A stretch of 64,000 bases of DNA from Thermodesulfobacteriota bacterium (GTDB lineage Bacteria > Desulfobacterota_D > UBA1144 > Nemesobacterales > Nemesobacteraceae). The stretch covers positions 1,143,558-1,207,557 of the forward strand of contig OZ242294.1 of the NCBI GenBank assembly GCA_965207685.1, read 5' to 3'. The notes below the pieces were generated by a model, which saw only the letters and a program-made list of their open reading frames with translations, had not been told where the DNA came from and did not search any database. Below, piece by piece: positions 16,658 to 28,432 of the stretch. Numbering within the stretch: the stretch's first letter is position 1; each line of letters starts with the position of its first letter. A program made the position numbers and the translations under genes.

Positions 16658-18565
16658 ATGAGCAAAACAGAAAAAGAACAGGAACAGACCCTTCTTTTCG
16701 ATGATTTTTCAAGCGTCTCGAAAGAAAGCTGGAAAAAAGAAGCCGAAAAGAGGGTTTCCTATAAAGATCTCATATGGCATACCGAAGACGGCATAGAGGT
16801 TGAACCCTTCTACACCGAAGAAGAAGCCAGGGACTCTTTCCTGGGGGAAACCCCGCTTCCGGGAGAATTTCCGTTCGTCCGGGGAACTAGCAGAAAAGAT
16901 AACAGCTGGCTCCTTACAGAAGAGATAAAACTCACCACGCCGAAAGAGACTGCAGCCGCGGCCCTTGCGGCAATAGGGGGCGGAGCGGATTCTCTTACCC
17001 TTATCCCCCAGGGGGAAATGAAACGCAGGGCCCTCGAAACCCTGCTAAAAGATATAGACCCCTTGCGCATCAGCATAAACTTCGCCTTGAGAGAGGATCC
17101 GGAAAAGGCCTGCGCCCTTTTCATTTCCTCCTGCGCCAAAAAAGGAATCGACACGCAGGAACTAAGCGGAACCGTGTTCTTCGACCCTCTGTCGCATCTG
17201 CTTGAACACGGATCCCCCGCGAAGCCGCTTGATGAGAGTGTGGATAAAATCGCAAAAACCATCGGACATCTCTCAGACACCGCACCCGGCTACGCGGCGT
17301 TCTCAGTAAAAAGCTCGACGTTTAAGGACTCAGGCGCAACGATAACTCAGGAACTCGCTTTCACCATCGCCGCGGCGGTCGAGTATATGGTTATGCTCCG
17401 CCAAAGAGGCGTCGATGCGGACAGCGCCTGCCGCCACCTCGTTTTTTCCTTCTCCACGGGATCAAGTTATTTCGCGGAGATCGCCAAGCTTCGCGCCGCA
17501 AGAGCGCTCTGGGCAAACGTCGCCCGGCAGTTCTCCCCCGTCTCCGCTGAATCCACGAAAATGAGGATCCACTGCCGCACCACCGCCTTCAACAAAACCG
17601 TTTACGACCCGCACACAAACATATTGCGGACGGCGCTTGAAGCCATGGCGTCCGTAATTGGGGGGACGGACTCCCTGACCGTGGAGCCTTTTGACGCCCA
17701 CTATCGGGAACCCGACGGATTCTCAAGGAGAGTGGCGAGGAACATTCAGCTTCTCGCAAGAAACGAATCCCACCTCGACGCGGTGACTGACCCCGGAGGC
17801 GGCTCCTACCACATAGAGAAACTGACGCAGTCCATTTCGCAGAAATCCCTCGAACTGTTTCAGGAAATAGAAAAAAAAGGCGGCTACCTTGAGTGCCTTA
17901 AAACCGGCTTCATACAGAACGCGGTCGAAGACAGCAGGAAAAAAGTCCTGAGCAACATTTCCCGGAGGGAGAAAACGCTTGTCGGGACAAACGAGTTTCC
18001 CAATGTGCTCGAAAAAATGGCAGGGAATATCCGGAAAACCCTCCCCGGGGAAAAGGAGATTAACGGTTCGGCCCCGATGGTAGCGCCTCTTACGGAATCA
18101 AGGGCGGCTCAAGTTTTTGAGAAAATAAGGCTTCTAAGCGAAGAATACGCGGAGAGAGCGGGCGAGGCGCCCAAAGTTTTCCTGCTTCACCTGAGCGATT
18201 CGCCGCAGACAGCCGCCAGATCGGTTTTCTCGATGAATTTCTTCGGATGCGGGGGGTTCGCGATAGTCGACGGGGCGGAAAATCCGGGCGCGGATGAGGG
18301 AGTTGCGGCAGCCTTGCGCGAGGACCCGCTTGCGGTAGTAATCTGCGGTTCCGACAAGGATTACGAGCAGTTCGCGGAAGAGGCCACAAGAAAACTCAAG
18401 GGCAAGAAAGCGGAAATAAAAGTCGTCGTTCCAGGTGATGGGCAAGACAAATGGGAAGGGTTGGCTCAGGCAGGTGTGGATGATTTTATCGATGCGGATT
18501 CGGACGTCCGCGATCTGCTTGAAAGATACCAGCAGTTGCTTTTCTCAGACAAGGTGGAACCATGA
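16658..18565 (+). CDS. mutA: Methylmalonyl-CoA mutase small (beta, MutA-like) subunit
   Basis: Collinear with the MCM fold ([14 protein letters not shown]...FPFVRGT...[18 protein letters not shown]...[14 protein letters not shown]). It has a C-terminal Rossmann-like domain without the DxHxxG B12 motif, and precedes the large subunit with an ATGA overlap. Confidence 0.85.
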   Translation: MSKTEKEQEQTLLFDDFSSVSKESWKKEAEKRVSYKDLIWHTEDGIEVEPFYTEEEARDSFLGETPLPGEFPFVRGTSRKDNSWLLTEEIKLTTPKETAAAALAAIGGGADSLTLIPQGEMKRRALETLLKDIDPLRISINFALREDPEKACALFISSCAKKGIDTQELSGTVFFDPLSHLLEHGSPAKPLDESVDKIAKTIGHLSDTAPGYAAFSVKSSTFKDSGATITQELAFTIAAAVEYMVMLRQRGVDADSACRHLVFSFSTGSSYFAEIAKLRAARALWANVARQFSPVSAESTKMRIHCRTTAFNKTVYDPHTNILRTALEAMASVIGGTDSLTVEPFDAHYREPDGFSRRVARNIQLLARNESHLDAVTDPGGGSYHIEKLTQSISQKSLELFQEIEKKGGYLECLKTGFIQNAVEDSRKKVLSNISRREKTLVGTNEFPNVLEKMAGNIRKTLPGEKEINGSAPMVAPLTESRAAQVFEKIRLLSEEYAERAGEAPKVFLLHLSDSPQTAARSVFSMNFFGCGGFAIVDGAENPGADEGVAAALREDPLAVVICGSDKDYEQFAEEATRKLKGKKAEIKVVVPGDGQDKWEGLAQAGVDDFIDADSDVRDLLERYQQLLFSDKVEP

Positions 18566-20700
18566 GACCTGATTTTTCGAAAATAAATCTCGGCTTCGCT
18601 TCAAACGGCAGCGGCAATGCGCGTGCGAGCGAAGATGTCGTAAGGGAATCACCCGAGAAAATAGACATAAAAACTTTTTATGTCCGAGACGATCTCAGTG
18701 ATTCCGAACATCTGGGATTTGTCTCCGGAATTCCGCCTTACCTTCGCGGACCCTACCCGACCATGTACGTCACGAGGCCCTGGACCATCAGGCAGTACGC
18801 GGGATTCTCGACCGCGGAGGAATCAAACGCTTTTTACAGAAGAAACCTGGCCGCGGGGCAGAAGGGGCTTTCCATAGCCTTTGATCTTCCGACTCACAGG
18901 GGATATGACTCGGATCACCCCAGGGTTTCGGGAGACGTCGGAAAGGCGGGGGTAGCGATAGATTCGGTGCTCGACATGGAGATTCTTCTCGATCGAATAC
19001 CCCTTGACCAGATCTCGGTTTCCATGACCATGAACGGCGCGGTCCTGCCGATCATGGCTTTCTACATAGTCGTTGCGGAACACCAGGGAGTGGGACCCGA
19101 GAAGCTGAGCGGAACTATCCAGAACGACATACTCAAGGAGTTCATGGTAAGGAACACCTACATCTACCCCCCCGAATTCTCGATGAAGATAGTCTCTGAC
19201 ATCTTCGAATATACATCGAAAAACATGCCGAAGTTCAACTCGATAAGCGTAAGCGGCTACCACATGGAAGAGGCGGGCGCCACGTCGGACATAGAGCTTG
19301 CATACACGCTCGCCGACGGCCTTGAGTATTTAAGGGCTGGCGTTGAGGCAGGACTCAACATTGACGATTTCGCTCCCAGAATCTCCTTTTTCTGGGGAAT
19401 AGGCATGGACCATTTCATGGAAATCGCGAAAATGAGGGCGGCAAGGATGCTCTGGGCCAAAATCGTCAAGACATTTGAGCCCAAAAAACCGGCATCGCTC
19501 ATGCTCAGGACGCACTGCCAGACTTCGGGATGGAGCCTCACGGAGCAGGACCCGTTTAACAACGTGACGAGAACATGCGTTGAAGCCCTGAGCGCGGTGC
19601 TCGGCGGCACTCAGTCACTCCACACAAACGCCCTGGATGAAGCGATCGCCCTTCCCACCGACTTTTCCGCCAGGATAGCGAGAAACACCCAGCTTTACCT
19701 TCAAAAAGAAACAGATGTATGCAGGCTGATCGACCCCTGGGCGGGGTCCTACTATGTCGAGCACCTGACTCACAATCTGGCGAGAAGAGCCTGGGAACTC
19801 ATAATGGAAATAGAAGAACTGGGAGGGATGTCCAAAGCCATAGAAACCGGTTTGCCGAAAATGAGAATAGAGGAAGCGGCAGCACGAAAACAGGCGAGAA
19901 TAGACTCGGGAAAAGACATAATAGTAGGAGTCAACAGTTATAATTCGGACGCGCAGGAAGAATTCGATATACTGGAAGTGGATAACCGCAAGGTGAGGGA
20001 GAACCAGATTAAAAGACTGCAGAAGCTCAAAGAAAAAAGGGACTCCGAGGCGGTTGAGCGCGCGCTTGGGAAAATCACCGAATGCGCAAAAACGGGGGAA
20101 GGCAACCTTCTCTCCCTGGCAGTTGAGGCCGCAAGGGAAAACGCCACCCTCGGAGAAATATCGGACGCGTGCGAGGAGGCATGGGGGAGATACAGGCCCG
20201 GATGGCGCACGATCTCGGGAGTGTATTCGTCGGAAATTTCGAAGGACGCCGGATTTGCCAAGGCAAGAGAGCTTGCCGACCGGTTCGCCACTCTAGAGGG
20301 GAGAAGACCCAGGATACTGGTCGCAAAAATGGGGCAGGACGGCCACGACCGCGGGGCGAAGATAATAGCGACGGGCTTTGCCGACCTCGGTTTCGACGTG
20401 GACATAGGCCCGCTCTTTCAGACCCCCGAAGAAGCGGCGAGACAGGCGGTTGAAAACGATGTCCACATAATCGGAATATCAAGTCTGGCCGCCGGCCACA
20501 AGACGCTCATCCCCGAACTTATAAAAAAGCTCGACCAGATGGGAGGCGACGATATAATGGTGGTCGCGGGAGGGGTTATACCCAAACGCGATTACGATTA
20601 CCTCAGGAACGCCGGAGTCTCGCAGATATTCGGTCCGGGGACCGTGCTGTCCGAAGCGGCTGAAGCCATACTCGTGCCCCTGACAGAAACCCGAACATGA
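18562..20700 (+). CDS. mutB: Methylmalonyl-CoA mutase large (alpha) subunit
   Basis: [50 protein letters not shown] and the B12-binding region [27 protein letters not shown]. Confidence 0.95.
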   Translation: MRPDFSKINLGFASNGSGNARASEDVVRESPEKIDIKTFYVRDDLSDSEHLGFVSGIPPYLRGPYPTMYVTRPWTIRQYAGFSTAEESNAFYRRNLAAGQKGLSIAFDLPTHRGYDSDHPRVSGDVGKAGVAIDSVLDMEILLDRIPLDQISVSMTMNGAVLPIMAFYIVVAEHQGVGPEKLSGTIQNDILKEFMVRNTYIYPPEFSMKIVSDIFEYTSKNMPKFNSISVSGYHMEEAGATSDIELAYTLADGLEYLRAGVEAGLNIDDFAPRISFFWGIGMDHFMEIAKMRAARMLWAKIVKTFEPKKPASLMLRTHCQTSGWSLTEQDPFNNVTRTCVEALSAVLGGTQSLHTNALDEAIALPTDFSARIARNTQLYLQKETDVCRLIDPWAGSYYVEHLTHNLARRAWELIMEIEELGGMSKAIETGLPKMRIEEAAARKQARIDSGKDIIVGVNSYNSDAQEEFDILEVDNRKVRENQIKRLQKLKEKRDSEAVERALGKITECAKTGEGNLLSLAVEAARENATLGEISDACEEAWGRYRPGWRTISGVYSSEISKDAGFAKARELADRFATLEGRRPRILVAKMGQDGHDRGAKIIATGFADLGFDVDIGPLFQTPEEAARQAVENDVHIIGISSLAAGHKTLIPELIKKLDQMGGDDIMVVAGGVIPKRDYDYLRNAGVSQIFGPGTVLSEAAEAILVPLTETRT

Positions 20701-21722
20701 CGCCGCAAAGAAAAACGGAAGCGGAAACTTACCGCCAGGGCATAGCAAAGGGAGAAATACCCGCTCTGAGCAGAGCGATAACCCTCGCGGAGAGCACCCT
20801 CCCCGAACACAAAAAGCTTGCGCGGGAGATAATCACGTGGTGCCTGCCGCGGTCCGGGAAATCCATAAGGGTGGGAATTACAGGTATACCCGGAGTCGGG
20901 AAGAGCAGCTTCATAGAATCTCTGGGTCTCTATCTGGCCCGCGAATGCGGAAAAAAAATAGCGGTGCTCGCAATCGATCCCACGAGCAGCGAGACCGGGG
21001 GAAGCGTTCTGGGTGACAAACTCAGGATGGAGGAGCTTTCCCGGCACGAAAACGTCTATATAAGGCCCTCCCCGTCGGCCGGTTCTCTGGGAGGAGTAGC
21101 AAAAAAGACAAGCGACGCCGTGATTCTCTGCGAGGCGGCAGGATTCGACACGATCTTTATAGAAACGGTGGGAGTCGGGCAGTCCGAAATTACCTGTCAC
21201 TCCATGGTCGATTTCTTCATGCTGCTCATGATCACCGGGGCGGGAGATGACATTCAGGGAATAAAAAAGGGAATTATCGAGCTCGCTGACGCCGTATTGA
21301 TAACCAAAGCGGATGGGAGAAACAAGAAAAAGGCGGAGCTTATGAAACAGGAAATGGAAGAGTCGCTGGGATTTCACAGACCACCCGAATCCGGGTGGGG
21401 TCCCAAGGCTCACGCCTGCTCCTCCGTTACGGGTTACGGAATAAAGGAAATCTGGCAGTGCGTCATGGACTATGAAGATCTCTGCAGAGAGAACGGATAC
21501 TTCACGGAGAAAAGAAGAAAGCAGGCCAAGTACCGTCTGCATGAAGCGCTCGTCCAGAATCTTGAGGACAGCTTTTATGAGGACTCCCTCATAAAAGAAA
21601 CGCTCGGAAAAGTGGAAAAAGAAGTAATGGAAGGAAAAACGGATCCTTACACGGGAGCAGCGAATCTGCTCGATCTTTATTTTGAAGGGCTTCGTCCACC
21701 TCGGCCGGCACAAGAAAAATGA
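20697..21722 (+). CDS. meaB: Methylmalonyl-CoA mutase-associated GTPase MeaB/ArgK
   Basis: P-loop [22 protein letters not shown] and ITKADG. ATGA overlap with mutB. Confidence 0.9.
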   Translation: MTPQRKTEAETYRQGIAKGEIPALSRAITLAESTLPEHKKLAREIITWCLPRSGKSIRVGITGIPGVGKSSFIESLGLYLARECGKKIAVLAIDPTSSETGGSVLGDKLRMEELSRHENVYIRPSPSAGSLGGVAKKTSDAVILCEAAGFDTIFIETVGVGQSEITCHSMVDFFMLLMITGAGDDIQGIKKGIIELADAVLITKADGRNKKKAELMKQEMEESLGFHRPPESGWGPKAHACSSVTGYGIKEIWQCVMDYEDLCRENGYFTEKRRKQAKYRLHEALVQNLEDSFYEDSLIKETLGKVEKEVMEGKTDPYTGAANLLDLYFEGLRPPRPAQEK

Positions 21723-22192
21723 TTATAAAAACCCTCTCGCCAAAATACATAAACGAGATCGTGAAGATCGAAAACGAGTCCTTCATACTCCCGTGGCCGA
21801 AACAGGTGCTTGCGGATTACATCAAAAAATCCGGGTTCTTCTGCAATATGGCTATAAACGGAAGGGGCGAGGATGTTGCGGGCTACTCAATATCCACCCT
21901 TGTATACGACGAGATTCACGTATTCAAGATCGCCGTGGCATCCTGCCACAGGAGAAAGGGAGTCGCGATTGAACTGCTCTCAGACACGTTTAATTTTTAT
22001 GAAAAAATGGGGGCTCTCTCGGTTATTCTCGAGGTAAGAACGACAAACACACCGGCGATCACGCTTTACGAAAAGCTCGGGTTTGAAATTCTTAGAACAC
22101 GCGAGAACTACTACGGTAGGGGGAGAGGAGACGCATACGTGATGGGTCTTGCGCTTGACAGCTACTATCAGAAGTTTCTCTCAGCCACGTAG
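21719..22192 (+). CDS. rimI: GNAT N-acetyltransferase, RimI-like
   Basis: IENESFILPWPKQVL...AGYSISTLVYDEIHVFKIAVASCHRRKGVAIELL...LEVRTTNTPAITLYEKLGFE...NYYGRGRGDAYVM follows the RimI pattern. ATGA overlap with meaB. Confidence 0.7.
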   Translation: MIIKTLSPKYINEIVKIENESFILPWPKQVLADYIKKSGFFCNMAINGRGEDVAGYSISTLVYDEIHVFKIAVASCHRRKGVAIELLSDTFNFYEKMGALSVILEVRTTNTPAITLYEKLGFEILRTRENYYGRGRGDAYVMGLALDSYYQKFLSAT

Positions 22193-23151
22193 TCGGCAAG
22201 GCGACCTAGGGATTGCCTATAATCGTTCTGCGGTATCTCCTCCAGAGATTTTTTCGCTTCAACCACAAACTCTTTTGCCCGCTGTCTGGTCAGATCAACT
22301 CCGCGGTAGTGGGCTACCATCTGCGCTATCTCCGCTATCTCGGAACTATCGAGATCGTCTTCCTTATCAAGCGTCTCGATCACTTTGCGTTTCACGTCCC
22401 CCGGGGCGCTTTCAATTGAGTAGTAAAGCGGAAGGGTCATCTTTCGTTCAGCCAGGTCCTGTCCGGTCTTTTTCCCGAACTTGTTTTCCTCAGAACAGTA
22501 ATCAAGCGCATCATCTATAAGCTGAAACGCTATTCCTATATTGCGTCCGTAGTGGGAAAGAGCCTTGACCGCTCCGTTTGAAGTATTCGCTAGAAGCGCT
22601 CCGGTCTCGGTCGAGCACTCAATTAGGGCAGCCGTCTTGTGGTCGATCACGGAAAAACAGAAATCCTCCGAGATCTCGACCATTTTTCTCTCGCTCATAA
22701 TCTCAAGCACATGGCCCTCGGCAAGGCGCGATGAGGCCCTGGAAACCACTCTCAGCAGTTCAATGCTGCCGCAGCTGTATATAAGCTCAAGACCCCGGGC
22801 CAGCATAAAATCTCCCACCAGCACGGTGGGTTTGTTTCCCCAGACCATATTGGAAGAAGCGTTTCCCCTTCTGAACTCCGCCTGATCAACCACATCGTCG
22901 TGAAAAAGGGTGCCGGCGTGGAAAAGTTCAATCCCCGCGGCGGCCGCGATCCGGTCTTCCCCGTCGGTAAGCCCGCAGGCGGCGCTTGAGAGAAGGACTA
23001 GGGAGGGCCTGATTCTCTTTCCTCCTCCGCCAAGCAGGTACTTGGCTATTTCGTAAACCAGAGGAACGTCGGATTTTATGAATTCATCGATTTTCCTCTC
23101 CGTTTCGGCGAGGCTCGGGTGAATTATCTCAATTATGTCTGAGAACTCCAT
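22168..23151 (-). CDS. Polyprenyl diphosphate synthase (IspB-type; chain length not determinable)
   Basis: First and second Asp-rich motifs LFHDDVVDQAEFRRG and QLIDDALDY, plus GGGKRIRP. Confidence 0.85.
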   Translation of the reverse strand: MEFSDIIEIIHPSLAETERKIDEFIKSDVPLVYEIAKYLLGGGGKRIRPSLVLLSSAACGLTDGEDRIAAAAGIELFHAGTLFHDDVVDQAEFRRGNASSNMVWGNKPTVLVGDFMLARGLELIYSCGSIELLRVVSRASSRLAEGHVLEIMSERKMVEISEDFCFSVIDHKTAALIECSTETGALLANTSNGAVKALSHYGRNIGIAFQLIDDALDYCSEENKFGKKTGQDLAERKMTLPLYYSIESAPGDVKRKVIETLDKEDDLDSSEIAEIAQMVAHYRGVDLTRQRAKEFVVEAKKSLEEIPQNDYRQSLGRLADYVAERNF

Positions 23152-23281
23152 CGGACGGTTAGACTATATGAACGAACCCGACAAGTCAAAGACTGGACAC
23201 CGCCGTTAACCTGATGTAAGTTTCCTTTTTCAAATGAAATTTTTCGTAAAACAGCCCGCAAGAGCGTAACGGTAAACCGCT

Positions 23282-23818
23282 TTGAACCTGTTTGATATCT
23301 TACTCTTATTCGTGATCCTAGTCTCCCTCGGGGCAGGACTCAGGTCAGGCCTCATAAAGCAGATTTTCTCCTTGACCGCCATAATAGGGGGAATAGCGCT
23401 GGGCTTTTTCTTTTATGAGCCGCTTGGGACTATTCTGCTTGAAAAAAACATTATCGCCGAACCGAGAATCGCCGATATTCTGGGATTTCTGATCGTAGCC
23501 TGCCTTGCGTACATGCTCATACATTACCTTTCCCATTTCCTGACAGATCTGCTGGAAAAGATCAAGATGGGATGGATTAACCATCTCCTCGGGGGGGCGA
23601 TGGGTTTTATAGTCGGTTTACTGCTCTGCTACCTCTTGGTAACCGGGGTAAAGCAGTTTGTGGATGAGGATGCTCCTTTTCTCAAGAATTCCGTTCTGGC
23701 TCCCAAAGTCATCAGCGGATATCACATTATCAGGGAACAGGCGCCGGATGATCTTGACGAGAGCCTGGAAAAACTCCGGGAACTGCGGGAAGGAAAACGG
23801 GAGCCAGACTTCGAGTGA
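23282..23818 (+). CDS. cvpA: CvpA-family membrane protein
   Basis: N-terminus NLFDILLLFVILVSLGAGLRSGLIKQIFSLTAIIGGIALGFFFY and four TM segments. TTG start. Confidence 0.75.
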   Translation: MNLFDILLLFVILVSLGAGLRSGLIKQIFSLTAIIGGIALGFFFYEPLGTILLEKNIIAEPRIADILGFLIVACLAYMLIHYLSHFLTDLLEKIKMGWINHLLGGAMGFIVGLLLCYLLVTGVKQFVDEDAPFLKNSVLAPKVISGYHIIREQAPDDLDESLEKLRELREGKREPDFE

Positions 23819-24022
23819 GCGAGGATGAACCGCGGAATTCTGATAGGAATCCTCTCCGCAACACTTCCTAGGAACCCCGAAACTCTGAGCCCCTTTTGAA
23901 GCCGAACTATGGTTTCTTCAACCACTGTTAGTCAGTATTCCCTTAATTAACTGCGCCGATTCAGTTAGACTCTTATGTGAAGAGCGTTTCGTCCACAGCC
24001 TTTCTCTAGAACAGCTCGCGAC

Positions 24023-25042
24023 ATGGTTTCGATAACTACTCTTGACGAATTCATCATAAGAAATCAGTATGAATTCCCCTATTCCACCGGGGAGCTCTCC
24101 AGGCTGCTTCGGGATATAGGGTTTGCGGCGAAAATAGTTCACAGGGAAGTAAACAAAGCCGGTTTGGTTGCGGACATCCTGGGCAAAACGGGCCAGGTAA
24201 ACATCCAGGGAGAAGAGGTAAGAAAACTCGATTCCTACGCGAACGAAAAGTTTCTGACCGCACTTGAACACGGCGGAGAATGCGCGGGGGTAGCGTCTGA
24301 GGAAAACGAGGATTTCATAGCATTTTCCGACGAGAACTCGAGAAACTCAAAATACGTAATAGCCATTGATCCTCTCGACGGATCCTCCAACATAGACGTG
24401 AACGTATCGGTTGGAACCATATTTTCCGTATACAGAAGAACGTCAAAGATGTTTTCCCCGTGTCTCAAGGAGGATTTTCTGCAGCCGGGCAAGGCCCAGA
24501 CAGCCGCCGGATACATAATATACGGCTCTTCGACCATGCTGGTGTACACTACCGGCCACGGAGTAAACGGGTTTACCCTTGACCCGTCGATAGGAGAGTT
24601 CTGCCTCTCCCATCCGAACATAAAGATCCCGAGCCACGGCAATATTTTCTCGGTCAACTACTACAACTACTCGAAATTCCCCGACAGAGTAAAGGAGTAT
24701 CTCGATCACTGCAGAGACGGAGATGGCAATTCCAGACTTTCCCTGAGGTACGTCGGGTCCATGGTAGCAGATATACACAGGAACCTGCTCAAGGGAGGAA
24801 TATTTCTTTATCCGAAAACCTCGGATTCTCCCAACGGGAAACTCAGGCTTCTCTACGAGTGCAACCCGATGGCCTTCATCGTGGAACAGGCCGGAGGAGC
24901 GTCGTCAAGCGGAACGGAAAGAACTCTTGACATTCAGCCAACGGAACTTCACCAGAGAACCCCCATATATATAGGTTCCTACAACATGGTAAGCAAATTC
25001 CTCAACTTCCTGAAGGACACCAAAGAACCTGAGGAGGAGTAA
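24023..25042 (+). CDS. fbp: Fructose-1,6-bisphosphatase class 1
   Basis: [57 protein letters not shown] and [13 protein letters not shown]. Confidence 0.95.
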   Translation: MVSITTLDEFIIRNQYEFPYSTGELSRLLRDIGFAAKIVHREVNKAGLVADILGKTGQVNIQGEEVRKLDSYANEKFLTALEHGGECAGVASEENEDFIAFSDENSRNSKYVIAIDPLDGSSNIDVNVSVGTIFSVYRRTSKMFSPCLKEDFLQPGKAQTAAGYIIYGSSTMLVYTTGHGVNGFTLDPSIGEFCLSHPNIKIPSHGNIFSVNYYNYSKFPDRVKEYLDHCRDGDGNSRLSLRYVGSMVADIHRNLLKGGIFLYPKTSDSPNGKLRLLYECNPMAFIVEQAGGASSSGTERTLDIQPTELHQRTPIYIGSYNMVSKFLNFLKDTKEPEEE

Positions 25043-25044
25043 AA

Positions 25045-26088
25045 ATGGGTGAAAAAATAAGCTTCGGGCTTACCGCCCCCCTTCCGGGAAAACCGGTTAC
25101 GGAACTCGTGGACTTCGCTGTCCGCTGCGAGGAGGCCGGTTTCGACGCCGTGTGGTATCCAGACCACATATTGTTTATGGCGAAAAAACTGACCCCCGAA
25201 GTATGGTCGGTAATCACGGCCGCGGCAGTAAAGACTGAAAAAATCCGCCTTGGAGCCATAGGGGATCCTCACAGGTCCCATCCCGCGATGTTCGCCCACA
25301 GACTCGCGACCATAGACAACCTCTCGGGGGGAAGAGCGTTCAGCTGCCTCGGGTACGGGGAAAAAATGAATCTTGACTACTACGGCATAAGCTGGAACAG
25401 GCCCCTCGCTCGTCTTCGGGAGTCCGTGCCGCTTATGAGGCGGCTTTGGGCCGGGGAAACGGTAACCTTCGAAGGGGAATTCTTCTCTCTCAGCGAAGCT
25501 GAAGTAAGGGTAAGCCCCGTTAACGAAAAAGATGTTCCCGTATACATAGCCGCAACGGGACCGAAGGCTCTCGGGGTCGCAGGAGCACTCGGAGACGGCT
25601 GGGTAACAAACGCAATGCCCACATGGGTTTTTTCGAGCAAACTCGCTGAAGTGGAAAAAGCCATGGCTGAAAACGCCACGGCGGAGAACTTTGAGAAGTG
25701 CATATATATTTTCGTGTCCATCGCCGAGGACAAGGATACGGCCTACAAGACCCTTGACAGAATAAAGCACGCTATAATCTGGCCCGACGTGATAGAGGAA
25801 GCCGGGTACGACCTCGAAATAGAGCCGCAGTACAAAGGGCTTTCCTATACGAGCATAATGCCTAACGATCAGGACATGCTAGCCAGATTCCGCCAGATGG
25901 GGGAAAAATACTACACGAGGGATATACTGTCCGACTTTGTTATATACGGAACGGCCGGCGACGCCATAAAAAGATTCGAAGAGTACATAGAAGCCGGAGT
26001 CACCCACTTTATAATCAGGGATTTCAGTCCCGATCTGGAATACTCCTTCAACGCCCTCGCGGGAGAGGTAATAGGTCACTTTAGGTAG
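25045..26088 (+). CDS. LLM-class flavin/F420-dependent oxidoreductase
   Basis: Luciferase-like monooxygenase pattern: AGFDAVWYPDH...RLGAIG...RLRESVPLMRRLWAGETVTFEGEFF...VPVYIAATGPKALGVAGALGDGW. It starts 2 nt after the fbp stop. Confidence 0.75.
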   Translation: MGEKISFGLTAPLPGKPVTELVDFAVRCEEAGFDAVWYPDHILFMAKKLTPEVWSVITAAAVKTEKIRLGAIGDPHRSHPAMFAHRLATIDNLSGGRAFSCLGYGEKMNLDYYGISWNRPLARLRESVPLMRRLWAGETVTFEGEFFSLSEAEVRVSPVNEKDVPVYIAATGPKALGVAGALGDGWVTNAMPTWVFSSKLAEVEKAMAENATAENFEKCIYIFVSIAEDKDTAYKTLDRIKHAIIWPDVIEEAGYDLEIEPQYKGLSYTSIMPNDQDMLARFRQMGEKYYTRDILSDFVIYGTAGDAIKRFEEYIEAGVTHFIIRDFSPDLEYSFNALAGEVIGHFR

Positions 26089-26102
26089 GGGCCCGAGACT
26101 GC

Positions 26103-27176
26103 TCAGGCAATCGTGATTTCCCGCTCCAGGTAGACATTCTGAACGCTCTTTAGAAGCGCTACCCCTTCCTTAAAAGGTTTCTGGAAAGATTTTCTTCCGC
26201 TTATGAGCCCCATCCCTCCAGCCCTTTTATTTACAATGGCGGTTCTTACCGCATCTGCAAGATCGTCCGAACCAGAAGCTCCTCCCGAATTTATCAGCCC
26301 CAGCCTCCCCATGTAGCAGTTTGCAACCTGGTAGCGGGTGAGGTCTATGGGGTGGTCAGAGGTAAGGTCTGAATAAACCCGATCGTGGGTCTTTCCGAAA
26401 GAAAGAGCCGTAAAGCCTCCGTTGTTTTCCGGGAGCTTTTGCTTGACTATATCCGCCCCTATGGTCACCGACAGGTGATTCGCCTGCCCCGTGAGATCGG
26501 CCGAAACATGGTAATCGGCCTCATCCTGCTTGAAAGCCGGGTTTCTCAGATAGGCCCAGAGTATGGTTGCGAGCCCCAGAGAATGGGCATGACTGAAAAC
26601 TTCCGATATTTCCTGGATCTGACGGGAGCTTTCCTCGGAACCGAAATATACAGTCGCCCCAACTGCTACTGCCCCCATCTGGAAGGCCTGATCCACGTTT
26701 CCGAAAAGAATCTGGTCAAAAGTATTAGGATAGCTCAGAAGCTCATTGTGGTTGATCTTGGCTATAAAAGGAATCTTGTGCGCGTATTTCCTTGAAACAG
26801 AGGCCAGCGCCCCCACGGTCGAGGCAACACCATTACATCCCCCCTCCATGGCAAGTTTCACTATGTTCTCCGGATCGAAATACATGGGATTCACCGCAAA
26901 AGATGCTCCCGCGGAGTGCTCAACTCCCTGGTCCACCGGCAGAATTGATACGTATCCCGTTCCCCCGAGGCGACCGTGGTCAAGGATGGTCTGCAGGTTC
27001 CTTATCACTGCGGGCGATCGGTCGTTCTGCACAAACACCTCGTCCACGTAGTCCGGGCCGGGGAGATAAAGGTCTCTTTTGCTTATCGTCGTGCACTTAT
27101 GACCGAGCAGGTATTCAGAGTCCTCTCCCAGCACCGCCTCTATATCTTTGACTCTCTTGAGTTCTTTTATGGCCAT
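26103..27176 (-). CDS. fbaB: Class I fructose-bisphosphate aldolase (FbaB/DhnA type)
   Basis: Near-collinear with E. coli FbaB as I recall it: [87 protein letters not shown]. Confidence 0.95.
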   Translation of the reverse strand: MAIKELKRVKDIEAVLGEDSEYLLGHKCTTISKRDLYLPGPDYVDEVFVQNDRSPAVIRNLQTILDHGRLGGTGYVSILPVDQGVEHSAGASFAVNPMYFDPENIVKLAMEGGCNGVASTVGALASVSRKYAHKIPFIAKINHNELLSYPNTFDQILFGNVDQAFQMGAVAVGATVYFGSEESSRQIQEISEVFSHAHSLGLATILWAYLRNPAFKQDEADYHVSADLTGQANHLSVTIGADIVKQKLPENNGGFTALSFGKTHDRVYSDLTSDHPIDLTRYQVANCYMGRLGLINSGGASGSDDLADAVRTAIVNKRAGGMGLISGRKSFQKPFKEGVALLKSVQNVYLEREITIA

Positions 27177-27232
27177 GGGTTCTCCCTTGAAAAAATCTTA
27201 AGATCCTACTGAAATAGATACCTGATCGGGCC

Positions 27233-28432
27233 CTAGCTGTCACTGAGAATCGATATTCCCGGAAGGTCAGATCCTCCGAGGAATTCAAAACAGGCCCCGC
27301 CCCCGGTTGACACGTGGGTTGCTTCGGAGAACTTGACCCCGGACTTCTTAAGTGACGCCACGCTGTCTCCTCCTCCGAGAACCGTGGTGGCTCCCCTCCA
27401 CGTGGCAAGCGCAAACGATCTGGCGATGGCGCTTGTGCCGTTTGAAAAATCGTCCACCTCGAAAAATCCCATTGGACCGTTCCAGAAAACCGTGCCTTCC
27501 CCCTTTATATGCGAAGTGAATTTCTCCACCGTCTTGGGCCCTATGTCAAATGCCGTCATGTCGTCGGGAATTTCCGCTCCCGTAACCACTACACGCATTT
27601 TTCTGCCGCCGGCGGCCTCGGCCATCACGTGATCAACAGGCAGAAGGATTTTTTCCTTGTAGGTTTCAAGGGCTTCCCGGGCCCAGCAAATCATCTCCTT
27701 TTCCACGGAACATTTCCCGACGCTAACCCCGCGCGCCGCAAGAAAAGTATAGGCCACCCCGCCGCCCACAAGAACCCTGTCCGCCTTTTTTATTATGTTC
27801 TTCAGTGCCCCCATCTTGTCCTTTATCTTCATGCCCCCGACAATGACTAAGTAGGGTTTTTTGGGTCTCTTTATCAGACGGTTCAGGAACTTTATTTCAT
27901 TTCCCACCATGAGGCCCGCGAGCTTTTTCTCGAAGTGAGCGGTCATTCCGTAGGTGGAGGCGTGGGCCCTGTGCGAAGTGCCGAAAGCTTCGTTCACGTA
28001 AATATCGGCCAAAGAGGCGAGTTTCCGCGAGAAATCCGCGTCGTTTTCTGCTTCCTCATTGTGATATCTTAGGTTCTCAAGGAGCATCACTTCGCCGTTT
28101 TTGAGTTTCTTGGAGGCATTCTCAACCTTTCTGCCAACAACCGCGCCCGGAAAGCGGACCTTTATCCCCAGGAACTCGTTAAGCCTTTCCGCCACCGGAG
28201 CCATTGAAAGATCTTCTATCCTGCGTCCTTTCGGTCTTCCCATGTGGGAAGCCAGTATTACCCTGGCCCCGCATCTGGTAAGGTAATCGATCGTGGGGAT
28301 AGTGCGTCTTATCCTGTAGTCTTCGGTTATCTTTCCGCCCTTTACGGGAACGTTGAAATCAACCCTTACGAAAACCCTTTTCCCCTCATACTCCGAGCAG
28401 GGAAGGTCGGTTACAAGAAGCTTTTTCTTCAA
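27233..28432 (-). CDS. pgk: Phosphoglycerate kinase
   Basis: KRVFVRVDFNVP, ILASHMGRPKG, NEAFGTSHRAHAST and STGGGACFEFLGG. Confidence 0.95.
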   Translation of the reverse strand: MKKKLLVTDLPCSEYEGKRVFVRVDFNVPVKGGKITEDYRIRRTIPTIDYLTRCGARVILASHMGRPKGRRIEDLSMAPVAERLNEFLGIKVRFPGAVVGRKVENASKKLKNGEVMLLENLRYHNEEAENDADFSRKLASLADIYVNEAFGTSHRAHASTYGMTAHFEKKLAGLMVGNEIKFLNRLIKRPKKPYLVIVGGMKIKDKMGALKNIIKKADRVLVGGGVAYTFLAARGVSVGKCSVEKEMICWAREALETYKEKILLPVDHVMAEAAGGRKMRVVVTGAEIPDDMTAFDIGPKTVEKFTSHIKGEGTVFWNGPMGFFEVDDFSNGTSAIARSFALATWRGATTVLGGGDSVASLKKSGVKFSEATHVSTGGGACFEFLGGSDLPGISILSDS

